DNA of 64,000 nucleotides from Lineus longissimus (Eukaryota): NCBI RefSeq assembly GCF_910592395.1, contig NC_088308.1, positions 806,001 to 870,000 of the forward strand, read 5' to 3'. Shown piece by piece: positions 61,075 to 64,000 of this stretch (position 1 is its first letter; each line of letters starts with the position of its first letter). The notes under the pieces were generated by a model. It saw only the letters and a program-made list of their open reading frames with translations, ran no database searches and was not told where the DNA came from. The position numbers and the translations under genes were made by a program.

Positions 61075-64000
61075 TGAGTAATTTCATGCTACGCTGAATC
61101 CTGGCAAGGTAATTTTTAAAGTCAAGGTCAGAGCATGCCGATCTACCGGCGTTGTGCGTCCTGTGAAAAGGAGGAGACATAAGGATTATGTGGTTGGAGA
61201 CTTCTAGCGGGTCATAAGCTTATTTGGTTCAACAATTTTAAAGATTTCGACTTGGGTCCTCGCTAAACTTTCAAACCCCACATGGACGTCAAGGAACTTT
61301 TCCAAAACCGATATTTTTTTCCAAAGACCATATTTCATATACCCCAAAGCTAAACCTCGGCTATGGGCACATTGGGTGATATGAATAAAGACTAGCAAAT
61401 GCTTTTACTTCAATTTTGTACAGAAAGACCTAGTGTATATGTACATGAAGTTTTAGATAAAAGCATTTGCTAGTCTTTATTCATATCACCCAATGTCTAC
61501 AGCGCCCTTTGCCTATGCATCACAGTGCATTTGCAATGCATTTACTGTGCTTCATTGAGGATTTTGGGGCGGGATGTTGCACTAGTGACGGAAGGGCCAA
61601 TAAGTCCGGCATAGCTGGTAATTGCCAAACTCTGAGGGAAGAAGCTGGAACACGCTTCAACGCTTCTCTTTATTCCCCAGACTGAATTTGACTGTGCATT
61701 TGATGTCGAACACAAAAGAAGAAGAATGAAAATAAGCAGGATATGTCATCTATACTTAATGAAGTGACCCGAATACCAAGTGACTCTATGCCACATTATT
61801 TGCTAGCGTATCATACGCACCTTGATTTGTTCAGGTATTTATGGCTAAGGAGGCAATGCGATCGTACCATATGAAATCTGATACGAGTAGTGTATTTTAC
61901 ATCTGTCGCTTGGGACATGTAGAGTCTCTGCTTCTATCTTTCAGGTCATTAGTATCGGGTAGAGAAAATTCCCACAGCAAGCTGAGGACACGCGCCTCCT
62001 GGACTCCCAATACTCTATGACGGGCTTACACAGTTACAAGTACATGCTTGTACACAATTGAATGCACTTATGCGTGTGTGTACTTGCATGTACATGTTTA
62101 TGTATTTGATTACAACATACCAATAAAGACCATTAAATTGAAAGGATTGTTTAGTGTTCATTATTCGTCGTGCTTAACCTGAATCGAAAGCATGTTGCAA
62201 TTACTATCAGAATCCAACTAAATGGAATGCCCTCGAATGCCTGTAGATTCATAAGGTCGGTGAATCTCAACTCTGAAATGTCTTACAGAAATGTATAGAG
62301 GCAATTTTTCCCTCTTTACTTGCACTCAGCATGGGCCAACCCAGCATGGGCTAACCCAGCGCTGTTCATGATCAGGATTTTAGGAAGGGGGAGTCTGAGC
62401 CTCGGTGAGCCGTATAATGAGGCTGGATTTACATTCAATTCACGTTTGATATACGTTTCACATATGCCACCTGTAATTTACTAAGTCACCATGTCATGAC
62501 ATGACGAGAGGATGGAAAGTGACAGCATCATGTAGACCTAAGCAGTGACGTGCTCTCCCGTTGATCAAACGGCGAGAGAACCCCGACCTCCCCTGCATGC
62601 CCGCGCATCTATCGGAGGTCGCGACTATCGTCAGGTATGACAGGTAGGCTGGGGGCAATCTCCAGGCTGACATTGAATATATCCTCTGATGCAGATACTT
62701 TCCTCGGCACTTTGCAGGGCAGCCTGCTCGGTCAGTTAAAGTCCTGCTTTGAATACACAAGAGTAGGTAAGTTCTCGGTCATTCTCTGGTTGGTTCCCAC
62801 AACAGGGCACGTCATATTACGGGTCACTCAATTATCGACGAATTGGTCAAATCAGTAGAATGAATATGATAAGACTGAAGGCCAGTCTTATCATTCCACA
62901 AGTGAGGCGTAGACTTTAAAACTGACCTACCAAGCTAAATCAAGCATTTACGCGGTCGCTACAAGTGCAGAGGGTTAGAAGCGTCGATATCCACCACGAA
63001 AATGTCAGTTGCGAACGAAGGTAGGTCTGCATCCGCACCCCGAGGGGAGCTCATCTCGCCGAGGGATCTAAATTCATAAAATGAACGTTTTCTAGTAACT
63101 TCCTAAATTTGGCCGACACATAATCAAGTTTCCTCAGCTAACGTAACTCCCCATTCCTCATTCACTACTTTCTTGAACCAGCAGTTTGAAAACTTCATGT
63201 GGCGAGTCGAGCATTCGACAAGAGAAAACTTGATTCTGATTATCCATTCAATGATTCGCCAGATCCTCATTTGAATATTCTTGCATACGTCATGATTACT
63301 TCGTTTCCCTCCGTAAAGGTCTTATTGCTTGGAAAGAGCATGGGTGGAATTCACCAAGGCATTTTAACGTGCGTGCAATTAAAGACCGATTATCTGATAC
63401 ACGAAGGATAAAACAGTGTAGTATTCTACATCACATTAACCCCCTCTCCCCGCAGTTCCTCATCCGCCGATCATATCATACTTTGAAGGTAGTGATAGAT
63501 TAGAAAAAAACACGATGAAAAAAACCTTTGGGAAGAGCGTCACATCACAGTGAATAAACAGCCCCTACGTCTAACCCACCGACCCATGAACTCCCTACAG
63601 TGGACGTATATGTTCTCTTGTTTGTTTCTTGCCTCTCATCATTCTCGTTTTGTTTGTTTTTTTAGCGACGGACACGTGCCAATCGTAAAAAGCGAGGAGC
63701 GAGCAAGTGGAATAAAACCACTTATCCAAAAAAGGAGAGTCTTGATTTCCCTGTACCTGAACAGTCACATGATTAAACCCTAATTCAACCGAGTTTGTGT
63801 TGTTTTTCTTTTTGATATGATGATCGCCACTGGTTGGTGGTATAAAGGAACAAGACATAGACCATCTGATAGACCTCTGTGTCTGTGGATGACTTGGAAG
63901 CAGTTGGAGTCGCGTCCTATGCCCATCTGACGCCATTCCCCGCTCTTTACATGTGTTTTCCACACTGCGTGTGTCTCCATTGTCAAGGTCCACACCTGGT

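Larger units (their letters stand above)
25930..64000 (+). repeat. Head-to-tail tandem gene array. Units start at GTATTCTACATCAC: 25930-31099 (5170 bp), 31100-31364 (partial), 32667-37831 (5165), 37832-47554 (9723, with insertions), 47555-53123 (5569), 53124-58270 (5147), 58271-63420 (5150), 63421-end (partial)
   Basis: Near-identical sequence and identical ORF-track translations recur at these periods. Confidence 0.97.

Noticed and set aside
25930..64000. Array as a pure assembly artefact or as tandem transposon copies
   Set aside because: Copies carry distinct exon 3 sequences and TSD-flanked insertions; no transposase, RT, LTR or TIR at unit ends. Exact copy number still needs long-read confirmation.

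Overview
Eukaryotic (metazoan, probably marine invertebrate; taxon is inference) genomic DNA with spliceosomal introns. The first 22 kb is ordinary: the 3' 16 exons of DNA-PKcs (PRKDC, +), an intronless dermatan-sulfate epimerase-family CDS (-), an 8-exon SLC22 transporter (-) and four minisatellites. From ~24.6 kb there is a cluster of small secreted-peptide genes that the ORF track misses because they are spliced. One gene encodes a 75-aa, 8-Cys LDL-receptor-class-A-like peptide and has a 5'-truncated duplicate. It is followed by a head-to-tail array of a ~5.15-kb unit (six complete copies, a seventh running off the window). Each unit carries a 3-coding-exon gene: signal peptide, conserved pro-region, short C-terminal peptide. 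By eye the units are almost identical over ~5 kb, including introns. The exception is the 54-66 nt third exon, which differs in every copy by amino-acid-changing substitutions and codon-sized indels (KTIIFGSYYPWLFVFSRPMIK, KTIIFGWYYRWLFVFSRPIIK, KTKFGGNHAQSVVF, KTIIFGRNYPRRGVFSRP, KTEFGWWLGGF, KTKIGWWLVVFSRPMLK). This looks like a locally diversifying peptide library (toxin, defence, signalling or RiPP-like precursor) that I cannot assign to a known family. All exon structures are manual predictions from splice signals and reading frame; no database search or expression data was available.
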